Of a stretch of DNA of 64,000 bases, positions 44,327 to 57,185 are shown in pieces (position 1 is the stretch's first letter; every line of letters starts with the position of its first letter). This stretch comes from Schmidtea polychroa (lineage: Eukaryota): NCBI GenBank assembly GCA_044892525.1, contig CM097888.1, forward strand, positions 14,322,001-14,386,000, in the 5' to 3' direction. Made by a program: the position numbers and the translations under genes. The notes under the pieces were generated by a model. That model had not been told where the DNA came from. It saw only the letters and a program-made list of their open reading frames with translations, and did no database searches.

Positions 44327-46204
44327 ATTTATAGTTAAAAAATATATCTGACTTACATTATATCGAAATAATTCCAAATAACTTCATAGAAATCCTAAAA
44401 ACCCTGAAATTTAATGAACCCCTGAGCTTGAATAATGATCTCATATCTATATGAATTAAAATCCAAATCTTAAAATTTAGTTTAAACTTAAAAGCCATTT
44501 CACATTTACTTTAAATCCTGTTTTTAAAGGACAAGAAATCCCTGAGAAAGTTTAATATTCCAAAAAAATTACTTATATTTTTAATCGATTTTTTTCATTC
44601 AAAATTTTTTTTTTATTTTTAATTTCAAATTAATATTTGGTGTTTTTATCATGGAAAAATATTTAGGGTTTTTCATTGAAAAAAAACTTTTAGGCTTTTT
44701 AACGAGAATTTATTTTTAAGGTTTTAAATAGAGAAAAATTATTTGGTTTTTATCGAGACTAAAAACACTCATATTTAAATTCGACCAAAAGATTCCGAGT
44801 GCAAAAATGCCGTTAGAAAAATAAATATTAATTTAGAAAAAATTAAAAATCACCATTAAACAAATTTAATTAAAAATCACTTCATTTAAACAAAATATTA
44901 AATTTTAAAAAAATTTGGTTCTCAAGACAAATATTCTGACAGTGCTTAGTGGGGTTTATTTCTAGTTATTTGATATGTTGGGTTTGACGGTCATTTATGA
45001 GTTATTGATCTGACTCATTGCGTGCTCTAATAATAATAATAACGAACTCTCAATAAAATAAAATTGATCACTACATTATCAAATACCACAGAATAAGCTA
45101 ATTGGATGGATACCCGCTATTGATCAGTGCCTATTGCAACTCAAAGTGAGATATAGCGATATCATTTAGATTCAAATTTACTGTCACTTGGCTAATGATT
45201 TTGGTTTAAAATATTGGCTTTATTTGACTTGAAAGCCTCTTGTATTTTACAAAGATTTGAACAATTGATATCAATAGAACTTATCTGTTATTCTGATATT
45301 TCTAATAAATTCTTTATAAAATTTTACGATTTCGTTTCTCTATAATTCCACTTGGATACATTCGTAATGTCCATTAGTTCTCAGAGTGTTCTTTCTTTTC
45401 TTGGCGACACATTCCAACTAATCTACAAACCACACGAATCATCGTTCTACTTTCCTTATTTACTCGTTAAAATTAATAATGTCTGTCTTTCACATTTTTA
45501 CTTTAAGTTTCCGAACCTTTCTTTCAATAGCTACTAATAACATTTCCTTTATTTTATGTTCCTTCCTGGTTATTTTTAAAATATTACAACTTATCATTAA
45601 TTACAAAAAAACTTTCTAGATCAAATTCTTTACATAGAAAAGAAAGGCGGAATAAAAATTCAAATTCCGAAAAAAATGAAAAAAAACATAAAAAAGATGG
45701 AAAAAGAAAAAGAAGTTATTCAAATGAAAATGGCAGGCGTGATAGAAAACATAGTAGAATTCATCGAGACAGTAAAAAAGTCAACTCAAAATATTCGAAA
45801 AACAAAAGAAAAGAGTCAAGATCTCCAAAGAGACATCGACATAAGTGAAATTTATGTAAATATTTTTCATTATTAAGGCTTTTTTGTTAAATAAAGATTA
45901 TCAGTCGTTATTTTTTTTATTGCAATTGAAAATGTCTGTTATTGCAAAATTTTAAAAATTCAGGAAGACTAAAAATAAATATTTTTTGATAAGAAAAGTG
46001 GTAACCGGTGGCAAATGAAATTCTGTAGACAAATAAAATTATTTCAAATTGATCCGAGGTCTTTAGAAGGGTCAGGAGCTAACTAATTAATTAAATTTCA
46101 ACGATAAGGATAACATCGTTTATTTTATTTTTTTTACACTAATTTTAAAATTTAACTATTTTGATTGTAATTTTTCATTTACCAATGTTTTTGTTTTAAA
46201 ATAG

Positions 46205-46964
46205 TTTTGAGTTTTTAATAAAATAAATATTAACGTCGGTATTTCTGACTTTTCGTGTTCTGTAAAGACAATCGGCTAAACAACATTCAACGTATATTTG
46301 TCATCAAATTAGTAAAAACTACAATTTACAAAACTCCGAATATCGTAATAAAATGACTGTTCTGCTCGTTCTGCTACAATAATCACCTCTTATTTACTCC
46401 TTTGACTTGTCTTGATTCTTTTATTTCCCTTTCCGCTAGTTCTATCTTCTATTTTTCATTTTTTGCCTTACTGTTGATTTTTTCCATACCTATTTCTAAA
46501 TTTGAGTTCTCTTAAATAGTTTAAATAATCGCCTTGATTAATGATATTTCAAGTAGATCGTCTCCTCTTGACAAACTTTACCTCGGTCTTTTTTCTTTTC
46601 TTCTTCGAAAAAAAATTAATTGTTTCGCGCGCGTCTCTCTTTCCATAATCTTTTTCCCGTTTTCCATTTACTCATGTCATGATAATGGTTTTCCAGAATC
46701 AACTTTGTTTACTTTTCTTTCTGTTTACTTATTCTAGTTTTCCTTAATTAATTAATTAATTATTGATTTTCTGTTTTTGTACGTTTTCTAGTATTTCAAC
46801 ACTTTCTGAACATATTCTGATGAATCCGTTCTCGTCATGATCTTTCCCATCATCTCATTTGCATCTGACCCGTTTATCAAATTTTAATTCGATAACTTTT
46901 TGATCTTTTGAATTTTCAAATATTCCATTTTTAATTATATCATTTTAAATTTGATGACCCCATC
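46205..46964 (-). mobile_element. Degenerate solo LTR, related to 60232-61007
   Basis: Colinear similarity to 60232-61007 (for example CTACAATTTACAAAACTCCGAATATCG and GATGAATCCGTTCTC). Termini are decayed. Confidence 0.55.
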
Positions 46965-47129
46965 GTTCTTTAAAATTCGTTCTTTAAAAATCGTTCTTTA
47001 TTAAAAAAGAAGTCTACATTTGGACTGAGTATATCAACCATTGAATTTCAATGGTTAACTGAAAATAACTGTTAATGTACTTTAAATCATTTTCAAATCT
47101 TAATTAAGATGAAAATGGATGTTAAAATA

Positions 47130-50100
47130 TTAAGTAAAACAGCTAATTGGTGATTTGAGAGTTTTCTTTGAATATTCATCATTTTTATGAACAACTTTTC
47201 TACATTTCGCTGGTTTTTTAGATTTTGTTTCTAAAAGTGCCTCCAAAATAATCGATTGACTCGAATCTGATTGGTTAGATATTGTTTCATGCGATCGAAT
47301 CGAATTTTTGCTGTCTGTCAATAAAATCGAAATATCCACACATTTCGTATCGGAAATTTCATTGTCATTTCTAACAATATTACTTTTATTCAAATATTTA
47401 CAATTGATTTTTGAATTATTTTTTATTTGCTGATAAAAGTCTGACATGGTTTTGAAATTTTTTTTCGACAGATTTTCTTTCTTAATTGATTTTCTGTTTG
47501 AGGATATTTTTGGAGACAAGATATTAAAATTTTTAGAAGGAATTTTTGGAATAACTTGTTGAATAACTGGTGTATTATAAAGAATAACGTTTATATACAA
47601 AGAGCTTTCATGAGTAAATTCGCTTGAAGAAAGATTCCTCGTTGAGTTGATGTTGTTTCCGTCTTTGGAAAATGAAGTATTTGGAATGGCAAAAATAGTG
47701 CTGCTTTTCGAACAAAGTTTTGATTTTTCTGACAGACTTTCGTCGATTATGCATGAGAATAAATCGCTTTCAAATGTCATTTGGTTGGTTCTTGTAGTTT
47801 TGAAGTGATTTTCGTTTTCTTTATCATCAAAGATCGTCAGTTGACTTTGATTTTCTGAATCATTAATTGATGTCGATAGTAGAAGATCAACTGTGCAAAA
47901 TGAATTTGGAAGTTTATTATTGTTAAACAAATGATGGACTTGAGAATGGAAAGGAATATTGGATTTTTTGTTCTTCGTTTTGTTTTTTATTGGTAGATAG
48001 AAATTAGTAGATGAAGAACTGTCAGAGCGTATTAAAACATTAGTAGACTTTATTATATGTCCGCTCGTCGTCCATGTTGAAGTTTGAAGAGAAGCATTAT
48101 CGATATTTGATGAGTTATGGGTTCCATTATCTTGAGGCTTAACCGATTTTATATAATATGCTGATAACATATCTTCGTTGAAAACACAACGATTATTTTT
48201 ATAAGAATGATATTTAACAACTGATTCAAATCCACCTTTGGAGAATTTCTTTTTATGGCTCAAGATCTTAATTAATTTTGAACTTTCGCTAGAATGACGT
48301 GAACTTAGTCTTAAAGATTGTGAAGGCTCTACTGCATTGGTAGGTCCAGATATACTTTTTGATAATAATCCATCATTTGTTGGAATAACTTGAATATCAT
48401 CGAAATTAATTTCAGCTTCTGTGAATGCGGAAATTTTGTTTGATTCTAAATTTATATCATTTGAATTATCCGACCTATTATTCTTTTCATTACTGCCTTT
48501 TTTAGATGTTTCTTTTTCGTTGGATTTTTGAGAGTTTCTTAACTTGTTAGAAGTTTCAGTTCTTATTTCAGAATTACTAATAACAATTGGGTTGAGATTG
48601 TTGTCATAAAAGAGGTTGGTTTCTAAAGTTACTGAATACGGATTTTCGTTTTCATTTTTTACCTGATTATCGTAATTTGTTTTCGATTCGGTTAAATTGC
48701 TATTTCCAGGTATTTTGTCTCTCGAGTTTTGTGAAGGTGATTTGGTTTCTGAATTACGAGATCTTTCCCGGGGTTTTTCTACGTTAATGTTCTCGTTTCC
48801 TTTTGATGATTTGAATGACTCTCTTATATCTGTATTTATATTTTCACTTTTTTTGCTGGATACAATAGATTCATTTGTTTGAACACGTACATTTTCGTTA
48901 AAAGGTACACTCATGTGAACATCTAAAATGTCACTTTTATAATTGAGATTTAATCTCTTCGCGCCATTTTTGCTATTTATTGACTCTTTGGAATTTTTAT
49001 TTTCTGTGGAGGTTTTATGTTGAATATTTTTGGATAATCTTTCAGGTTCGTTGGGTTCATTAATTGAACTTTGAAAGTTTTTATTAATTTCAATTTTTTT
49101 CTTATTTAATTGGTTTCCATTGTACGGTTCGGCACTGGAATAGAATGTCTGTAAATCATTTATCTGAAACAATCTGTTAGCGTTTGTTTCTTCATATAAA
49201 ACCGGAGTAATTATGTCAGATATTACTTGATCTGGATTCTTATCATTCATCAGATTGTTTGGAAAGTTGTTATCTTTTAAATTGATTAAATTTCCTACTT
49301 CGTCTATAAAATTTAAATTGTCTTCAGCTTTAGGATGGTTTTCAAAGCTTGTTGAGGAAAGAACTGCTTGTCCGTCTGTGATCACAAATACGTCGGTGGA
49401 ATTTATCACCTTTGCCTTAGAATTAGATTTATCTGATCTTGCTTTACTAGACTGTGATTTGATTGCTATGCTATCGTAATGATTAGTTGTACTTGGAGGT
49501 TTGTCAAAAATATGTGTAACATTTGAAATTTGATGCGAATATTGGTTGATCGTTGGTTCGGAAGTTTTGATCGTTTCACTACTTCTTTTATTCTTGGAGG
49601 ATTGTGGCTTGGAGGTAATTGGGAATAATTCTGGATGTAGAGTTCTCTCATCTTTCGACAAAGTTTCATCTCTAGATTTTGATGTTTCCTTTTTTAAAAT
49701 GTCGTCAATATTATCATTCAAAACTAATTCATGGCTTGACCCAAGTATACTTTTATTGGCAGATACATTATCAGAATTTTTGAAGCTTTGTTTAGGCGAA
49801 TTAGTTATTTTATCGGTTGTAACTTCCTTTCTATTTGTGGTATTTAGTGTAGAGTTTCGAGTTACTGAGTTTCTAGTGAGTGTCAAAGTTTTTACCATTT
49901 GAGAAATCGGTTTTATATTGTTGTCGTCGACAATAGTGTCTTTATTTTTCACAGAAATTTCTGTAAAATTCTTACTGTTACGTTTCGACCAATCTTGGAC
50001 ATCTTGATTAGTTATCAAAGGTTGTGAAACGATATTGAGTGGTGGTGTTTGGGTAGTAGATTCTTTTTTAGAAATAGATTTATTGGGAAAAATTTTACTG

Positions 50101-51443
50101 ATTTGGTGAGAAACTTTTATAGAGTTCGTTGTGGATTGTATTTGTTTTCCATTGATTGAAGGAGATGGAATTTTTGATTCCGACAGTTTATTTGCATATT
50201 TATTATCTTTTAATGCTTGTACTGTATCTGGAACTGAAGATAAATGTTTTGTTTCTGATTTACCACTAGCTATTGTTTTAATCTCATTAATTTCGTTGTT
50301 TAAATAGAATTCCCTGACATATAAATCAGTTGGGAGAAACTCGTCTTTCAAGTTTTCTATTTTACTATTTCTTTCACTATGAAAAGGCGAGTATATTGTG
50401 TCACTAACCGTATAAGTTTGATTTATATCTTTGCCACCGTTTTCATTCACAGAATATTTGGCTGTCGGTATGTACATTTCAGTTGCAACTGTCAACTGAT
50501 CAATTTCATCATTTATAATCTCAATATGACTATCAATGTTGTAAGGGTCTTTCTCTTGGTCATAGATGGCATTTTTTTCGGAAAATTCCGTGACATATTT
50601 ATATGATTCGGCCTTATTGTTTAATCCGTGAAAACTACCGATTTTTTTTTCTGGCGATTGAGCTATTTCAATTTTTGAAGAATCTCTGTTGTATGTATCA
50701 ATTTTCTTAGGTTGGCTTTCTTTATCTAACGAACGAGATTTGAATGAAGATTGAAGAGTGCTGCTAAAAGTAGTTTTTATTAAACTATTAATCTTTTTGA
50801 TATTCAGATCTTCTTCGTTATTTTTTTGCTCCAATAACAATTTTTGTTTTGAGATAGAACTTCTTTGTGTATTTCCAATGCCTATGTCTCCATCTTTGCT
50901 GATATCAAATTGATAATAGTCATCTTTTATGTTGTCTGTGTCGTTTAGTGAGGTCTGTTGCTCCTTGTCTAATCTTTCAATTAAAGACCTTTGAAATCTA
51001 GAAGCAGAATATCTGTCCTGGCAACGTGTGGCTGACATGTTTTTAAGTGTTAGTGGGAAAGGAATAGATGTGTTATATTTAGTAGCCAAATTGAGATGCT
51101 TATCAATATTGATGAAATCTCCACACGAGTTTGAATCTGGGAAATTCGAGATTTCGTGGATGACTGAACCGCATTTGCTACAATGCCTACAATCATCAAT
51201 GGATGATGAAGATTCTGAAATAATATTTGACACAAATTCTAAATGATCAGAATTTTGTAAGTATGCACAACGATGAACACAGTCACAATAACAAAAGCAT
51301 CTCTGATTGTTAAGGAGGCTGTTTCGTTGTTGATTCATTTCCAATATATCTAAGGAAGAAAACATAGTAAGAAGATGTTGGGATATACATCGTATGGCGG
51401 TTACACATAGATATAGTGAATCATCCATTTCACTTTCATTCAT
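47130..51443 (-). CDS. Uncharacterised 1437-aa Asn/Ser/Lys-rich protein or large exon with Cys-rich N-terminus
   Basis: A 4.3-kb stop-free frame in very AT-rich DNA is unlikely by chance. No domain recognised. Confidence 0.6.
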   Translation of the reverse strand: MNESEMDDSLYLCVTAIRCISQHLLTMFSSLDILEMNQQRNSLLNNQRCFCYCDCVHRCAYLQNSDHLEFVSNIISESSSSIDDCRHCSKCGSVIHEISNFPDSNSCGDFINIDKHLNLATKYNTSIPFPLTLKNMSATRCQDRYSASRFQRSLIERLDKEQQTSLNDTDNIKDDYYQFDISKDGDIGIGNTQRSSISKQKLLLEQKNNEEDLNIKKINSLIKTTFSSTLQSSFKSRSLDKESQPKKIDTYNRDSSKIEIAQSPEKKIGSFHGLNNKAESYKYVTEFSEKNAIYDQEKDPYNIDSHIEIINDEIDQLTVATEMYIPTAKYSVNENGGKDINQTYTVSDTIYSPFHSERNSKIENLKDEFLPTDLYVREFYLNNEINEIKTIASGKSETKHLSSVPDTVQALKDNKYANKLSESKIPSPSINGKQIQSTTNSIKVSHQISKIFPNKSISKKESTTQTPPLNIVSQPLITNQDVQDWSKRNSKNFTEISVKNKDTIVDDNNIKPISQMVKTLTLTRNSVTRNSTLNTTNRKEVTTDKITNSPKQSFKNSDNVSANKSILGSSHELVLNDNIDDILKKETSKSRDETLSKDERTLHPELFPITSKPQSSKNKRSSETIKTSEPTINQYSHQISNVTHIFDKPPSTTNHYDSIAIKSQSSKARSDKSNSKAKVINSTDVFVITDGQAVLSSTSFENHPKAEDNLNFIDEVGNLINLKDNNFPNNLMNDKNPDQVISDIITPVLYEETNANRLFQINDLQTFYSSAEPYNGNQLNKKKIEINKNFQSSINEPNEPERLSKNIQHKTSTENKNSKESINSKNGAKRLNLNYKSDILDVHMSVPFNENVRVQTNESIVSSKKSENINTDIRESFKSSKGNENINVEKPRERSRNSETKSPSQNSRDKIPGNSNLTESKTNYDNQVKNENENPYSVTLETNLFYDNNLNPIVISNSEIRTETSNKLRNSQKSNEKETSKKGSNEKNNRSDNSNDINLESNKISAFTEAEINFDDIQVIPTNDGLLSKSISGPTNAVEPSQSLRLSSRHSSESSKLIKILSHKKKFSKGGFESVVKYHSYKNNRCVFNEDMLSAYYIKSVKPQDNGTHNSSNIDNASLQTSTWTTSGHIIKSTNVLIRSDSSSSTNFYLPIKNKTKNKKSNIPFHSQVHHLFNNNKLPNSFCTVDLLLSTSINDSENQSQLTIFDDKENENHFKTTRTNQMTFESDLFSCIIDESLSEKSKLCSKSSTIFAIPNTSFSKDGNNINSTRNLSSSEFTHESSLYINVILYNTPVIQQVIPKIPSKNFNILSPKISSNRKSIKKENLSKKNFKTMSDFYQQIKNNSKINCKYLNKSNIVRNDNEISDTKCVDISILLTDSKNSIRSHETISNQSDSSQSIILEALLETKSKKPAKCRKVVHKNDEYSKKTLKSPISCFT

Positions 51444-52362
51444 AATAAAATTAGAGAATTCATAAAATCGATGGAAAATTATCCATGCAAATATTATAAT
51501 AATAGAACAATTATCTAATAATTACATTGCAGGTTTTTTATTTACAACATTAGCGTAATTCAGTTTTAATTGAGGTCTTTAAACTTTCATCCGAAAAAAG
51601 TATACCATATACTGGTCAAAATAAATTGACCAAAAAGCTTTATTTCCAATTGTTTTGACGCTTTACCCCTTGCCTGTCCCGTGCATCACACAATTTTTAT
51701 ATAATATAACTTTTCAATACAACCGGTTTAAATAGGTTTCAAATTTTTATATATTTTTTAATTATATTTTTAATTTTATAACTTAATAATGTCAGTTTTT
51801 GTAGCTAATGGAAAAAATTTATTGAAAGATTTGTAAACTTATTGGAATTTTAAGTACAATAAATATATGTGGACAGACGTGGGGTTAAATAAAGTGAAAA
51901 TATTTACAATAATAACCATGAAGTTTTCCTAAGAATTGTTAAATTTAATTATTATCATTTCAAATTATAATTCATCTAAAAATAATTAAATTAAAATAAA
52001 ATGCATATAAGCTAAGAATTAAATGAATTATTAATATTAAAGGTCAAGGTCACACAAATAGATCAATAATCCTAAGTTGCAGAAAATAAAGCAATTAGAA
52101 TGAAAATTAATGAAATAGTAAATAACAAATCAAATGTTCAAAAAATGTGAATTATAATAAATTAATTAAAGATACTTTTGTAAGGTTGAATAAGCAACTA
52201 AGTTTAAATCTTTCTCCAAGACCCGGCAATATTGAAACTCTATATTTGTCACTTATATAGAAAATAAACTCAATAAAGGAGACTACATGACATCAAAAAG
52301 ATGAAACATAAAAGTAAAGTAAATAAAATGACAAAAGCAAGACGTAGTGCACGAAATGAATA

Positions 52363-54351
52363 CAGTAACGATTCACAAAAGGCAACTTCGCAAAAAGAAA
52401 CTTTTCACAAAAAGAAACTAACGTAAAAAGAAACTTTTTTTGATTCAAATTAAAAAAGTGATTCAATAAAAGGAACTTTTAAAAATTTTGCTTTGTTTTT
52501 TTTGTTTAACGTAAATTTTTAACATTGCTAAATTTTCAAATAACTTTTGATTTACGTTAAATTTATTATACCTGAGGTATTGCACTTTTAATGAAGCTAT
52601 ATAGTATGTAAATTCAATTTTAAACATTAAATATTCAAAAATAGCATTTGTTAGGCCCGCTATGAATAAAAGAAAACAGAAACTAACAATTGAGGATAAA
52701 TGTAATATCCTGACTGCATTGGAAGATGGTACCAAAGCCAACAATATTTGCGCACAATACGGTGTGAATAAAAGTACAATTTCTAAGATCAGAAATAACA
52801 AAGAAAACATAAAAGAAATTTCCAGTTAAATTTCCAGATATTGAAAAGGCCCTTTATCAGTGGTTTTTAAATGAGAGACTCAAGCATAACATAATTAACG
52901 ATGATATGCTTAGAATCAAAGCGCTAGAATTTCATCGTGATTTGAACTCTGAAATTTTGTTTTCAGGCAGCTACGGTTGGATTCAAAAATTTTAAAAACG
53001 GCATTCAATTCGAATCCTCAAAATTTGTGGAGAAAAATTATCCGCTAATGATTCTGCTGTACCTGCATTTATTGCAAATTTTAAGACGAATATTCAACGG
53101 TTAGGATTGCGACCTGAGCAAATATACAACGCAGATGAAACTGGATTAATTGTCAAAAAATTGAATTCCAAAACTTTAGTAACCAAAAGAAAAATCTGCA
53201 CCAGGTAGAAAATCCAGCAAAGAACGGATTACTGTAATGGGGTGTGTGAATGCAACTGGACAGCATAAACTACCCTTGATGATTATTGGGCGATCTAAAA
53301 ATCCACGCTGCTTCAAAAATACGACTTTACCTAGCATGCACTACCGCTCATCAAAAAATGCGTGACAAACAGGAGCGCTGTTTAAAGAATGGTTCTATGA
53401 CGTATTTGTGTCAGAAGTTAAAAGAAATTTGATGCAGAAAATCTTACCTTTGAATGCGATTCTTCTGCTGGATAATGCCAGCTCCCATTGTTGTGGGGAA
53501 GAATTGAAATCGAGTGATGGAAACATTTCGGTTATATATTTTCCTCCAAACGCAACAGCGTTATTGCAACCACTCGATCAAAATATTATAAGATCACTAA
53601 AAACGTTGTACCGCAAGAAACTCTTACTCAGTTTATTGTCTCACAATAATCAAAATTTAGACGAAAAATTAAAGCACGTTACATCGAAAGAAGTTGTTTA
53701 CATGGTGGTGGAGGCATGGAATGAAGTTAATATTCAAACAGTCAATTCTAGTTTTAAGCATCTGTTCTGCTCAGTTGATGAAATAATTTTTAATTTGCCA
53801 CAGAATCACTTTTTAGAAGAGGATGAAATTCCATTAATAGAACTTTACCACCATTTAGTTCCAGGAGATAATATGAATGACGAGCAGATATTGAATTAGG
53901 CAAGAGGAAGTAACGAAATGTCAAGATCATTAATTACCGAGGGCGAAATAATTGAAAATATTAATATGGATGATGCAGACAATAGTGGTGACTTTTCAAG
54001 CCCTGATGTTGACATTGCACTCAGGAGCGTAAATGTAACTCTTAATTGGGCCGAATCTAATTTATCCATTTCTGATATATTGTTTCTTCGCAATATCAGA
54101 GACAAAATAACTTTAAAGAAGATTATGAACTAGTGTTTTCTACAATAAAAGTTTGTTTTCGCTATATATGCTATTTCTAATTGCTTAGTGATAACTATAA
54201 AATAATATTTACTTTAAAATGTACTTAGAAATTGTTGTTTTTGCACACAAAATAGAATTGTACACTAAATTCACAAAAATAAACTTTTTACAGAAAAAGA
54301 AACTTTTTCGAATTTTGTGTCAAAGAAGTTTCTTTTTCTGAATCTTCACTG
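52363..54351 (+). mobile_element. pogo/Tigger-like DNA transposon
   Basis: TA|CAGTAACGATTCACAAAAGGCAACTT ... AAGTTTCTTTTTCTGAATCTTCACTG|TA gives imperfect TIRs with a TA duplication, enclosing transposase remains. Confidence 0.8.
52662..54133 (+). pseudogene. pogo/Tigger (CENP-B HTH plus DDE_1) transposase pseudogene
   Basis: MNKRKQKLTIEDK...YGVNKSTISKI, FPDIEKALYQWF, IYNADETG, SKERITVMGCVNATGQHKL and LLLDNASSH, with several stops and frameshifts. Confidence 0.88.
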
Positions 54352-55072
54352 TATAAATATAGCACATCTAAATAACAAGGTGACGTAAACTGAATTCGAA
54401 TTTATAGCGATAAAGGAAAATAGAAGTTGAAAATAAAAAGAATTTACAGAAAATACCATAAAGAATAAAATATGAAGTGAAAATATTGTTGGCATGCTGC
54501 TAGGTCGACATCAACTTTTAATACTTGTCTAGGGGATGGCGGTCTCTTTCACTAACGTCTCTCGTCTTTTCGTCGACCTCAAGCAGTACTTCAAATGACT
54601 GCTCTCACGGCATGATACCCACGAATTGCTTCATGTTGGTACTGTATCATGACGGCGAGGTATCAGAAAGCAGGTGAGCCCTGCCTTAGGACTACTCCTC
54701 CCGGATAACTCGACTTACTCTTCCCAGACGGCCGATAGAAGGTCGTTCGTCTCATTTTCCTCACACGACAACCATGATTTTTCATCACTCTCTGAACATA
54801 TTGTCACCCACCAGCCGTTGTCAAAGTAAAATAATATAAATTGTCATCACCATTAGAAATTTTAAGCTCAAGATTTAACATGACCAAGACAAATTCCTTA
54901 CAGGACAATAGTATTTATTAATAATATACCAAATTACAACAAAAATTGCCGGATACTGCAAAAACCATCAGATCACACCTCAATAGTCAAACCAGTAGTC
55001 ACATTAAGTCCGGTATCTTTCTGCCGTTGATATGTCATTGTTTATCGGTTGCGGCTTCCTCGAACAAAGCTT

Positions 55073-55791
55073 CTAGGTCGAAAAATTCGGATGCATTTTC
55101 CTCCCAGGTTGTGCCCGCAGCCATGATGACGCGACCTTGTATGACGGTATTTGCATGGAGTGCTGGGGGTGGTTCGATATTTTCATGCGTAGTACTCGCG
55201 TTTCGCCTATGTTCTTTTCAATAAAGTGCTTCTTCTGTCCCTTCTTGCGCTCAGCTCGTGACAATTGTCGGCGCTTGGGTTTTGTAAGATGAGTTGGAGA
55301 GCGGGTTACACTGGGTGATTGAGTAGTTTTGGGTTTCATCCGACTAGTGCCCGTGAAAACGACTTCGGAAGTGGTCGGCGAGAAATCTGCTTCTACACAC
55401 CCTGGCATGATTTTTTTGTGGATCGAAGCTTGTCAGAAATCTGATCATGGTGGGCAGGAAATACATTATCCTCCTCGGCTATGTGGATATTTACGATCTT
55501 CTTGGTCACTGTTGCCTGTGGATATACTTTATGTAGAGCATCCGACTGCTCTTTGATATAGAGACGCTGTGATCGACTTTCTTCTATTAAAATATCTCGG
55601 CAATGCTCACTCCAAAATAATTTCTTTTGTGTTTCTTTCATTTGTGCAGGGGTAAACCAAGTACCCCTCAACTCATCAATCTTTCGTTCCAACGCCCCTA
55701 TTTGGGCTTGTAGACCTTTGATAGCCGCATTTTTATCGGCGTACGGAAAACAGGATTAGATTGTAGACTTGGGAGCAGAATTGGTGATCAT
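55073..55791 (-). pseudogene. Decayed homolog of the LTR-encoded 253-aa protein
   Basis: SCFPYADKNAAIKGLQAQIGALERKIDELRGTWFTPAQMKE...EHCRDILIEESRSQRL.IK.QSDALHKVY aligns to the LTR ORF. It has an early TAA and a downstream frameshift. Confidence 0.85.
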
Positions 55792-56247
55792 GACCTATGA
55801 AAATAAGAGACAATAATTCGTGATTAAGATCTTCGCGTTCGAAACAAAATTCTAAGAATGGGACTAATAATTCGGTGACAATTATCCATGGAAGCCTCCA
55901 CATACATTACCAAAAGAGATTTAATCAAGGCTTTCTAACAGATTAGAGAAGATAGACGGAAGTTAACGAGAGGGAAATCCGCCACAGACAATCTAATTTA
56001 ATTCATTTCTGATATATTAAAAGGAGGACAGGTTTGAATATTGTCATGTTAAAATCAATTGCTAAGAATAAGGACAGATTTAAATATTGTTATTTTGAAA
56101 TAAATTATTAAAGTGAAAACAGATTTAATTATTATTATTTTAAAACTAATCACTAAAATTATAGACAATTTTAATTATCGTTAATTCAAAGTTTAAAAAA
56201 TGAGAACAGATCTAAGTATTGTTATTTTAAACTTAATTATTAAAATA

Positions 56248-57185
56248 CACCTAACCGCGAAATATAACATTATCTATAATCTAAAAAAAAAATCAATAAA
56301 TATATATTATAGGAACACACAAACTTACCTGTGTGTAGAAATTTAATGCCACGAAATCTAAAAAGTGAGAGAAAATAATTAAGCATACAAGCACAGCACA
56401 CATAATGAAAAATACATACAAAATTAAGTAAAGTGTTTTTCATGCGAAATTCAGATTGATTAACATATAATTAACATATCAATATTTTAAAATTATTTAA
56501 AAAATTATGTACAAAAAAACTTTTGAATCAGATTCCGACTGCTCTACGTTGAGCTTTAGGGAAAAAGAAGTAAATACATCGTAAGATTTAATTATAAAAT
56601 AATTTAGAATATAAAATTTCTTTAGATTTACAGATATTGAAGAAGATCCTTCGACATCTTTGAATTTGCAGGAAAAACATCGCAAATCGTAAATTTTAAT
56701 AAATTAAATCATAGAATTACAGAAATAGACAAAATTCGAAAGAAGATTACAAAAACTTAAAAAATATTTTATCCATTCTTTACTAAATGTCTTTAAAAAA
56801 TAAATGTTTAGTGATTACTTTACATATTTATAATTATAAAAATATCTAACTTACATTTTTACGAAATAAATCCAAATAAATCCAAATAAAATACCATAAA
56901 ATTCCTAAAAAACACCTGAAATTTAATTATCAATGTTATATATTATCAATATTATAAATGCTGACTAACAGTAATATTTAAGAACTTGAATAATGATCTC
57001 ATAATTATATAAAATCAAAATTCAAGTCCTAAAAATTACTTCAATGCAAAAACTTACCTTTAAACGATTTTTGGAAAATTGAATAAATGAAATTAAGTTA
57101 ACATTGTCATATAATTGGTGACTCACCTCAGGTGGTGTGCACACCAACTTATATTATAGACAATGTTAACTTTCGCGGTTAGGTG
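56248..57185. mobile_element. Tc1/mariner-type MITE (938 bp)
   Basis: TA|CACCTAACCGCGAAATATAACATTATCTATAAT ... ATTATAGACAATGTTAACTTTCGCGGTTAGGTG|TA gives a ~33-bp TIR and TA TSD. It interrupts a degenerate AT-rich tandem repeat. Confidence 0.85.

Noticed and set aside
44976-45600. Additional solo LTR starting TGTTGGG
   Set aside because: No matching CAACA end or TSD was found.
45676-45876. 66-aa Lys/Glu-rich ORF
   Set aside because: Short, compositionally biased, and with no homology cue.
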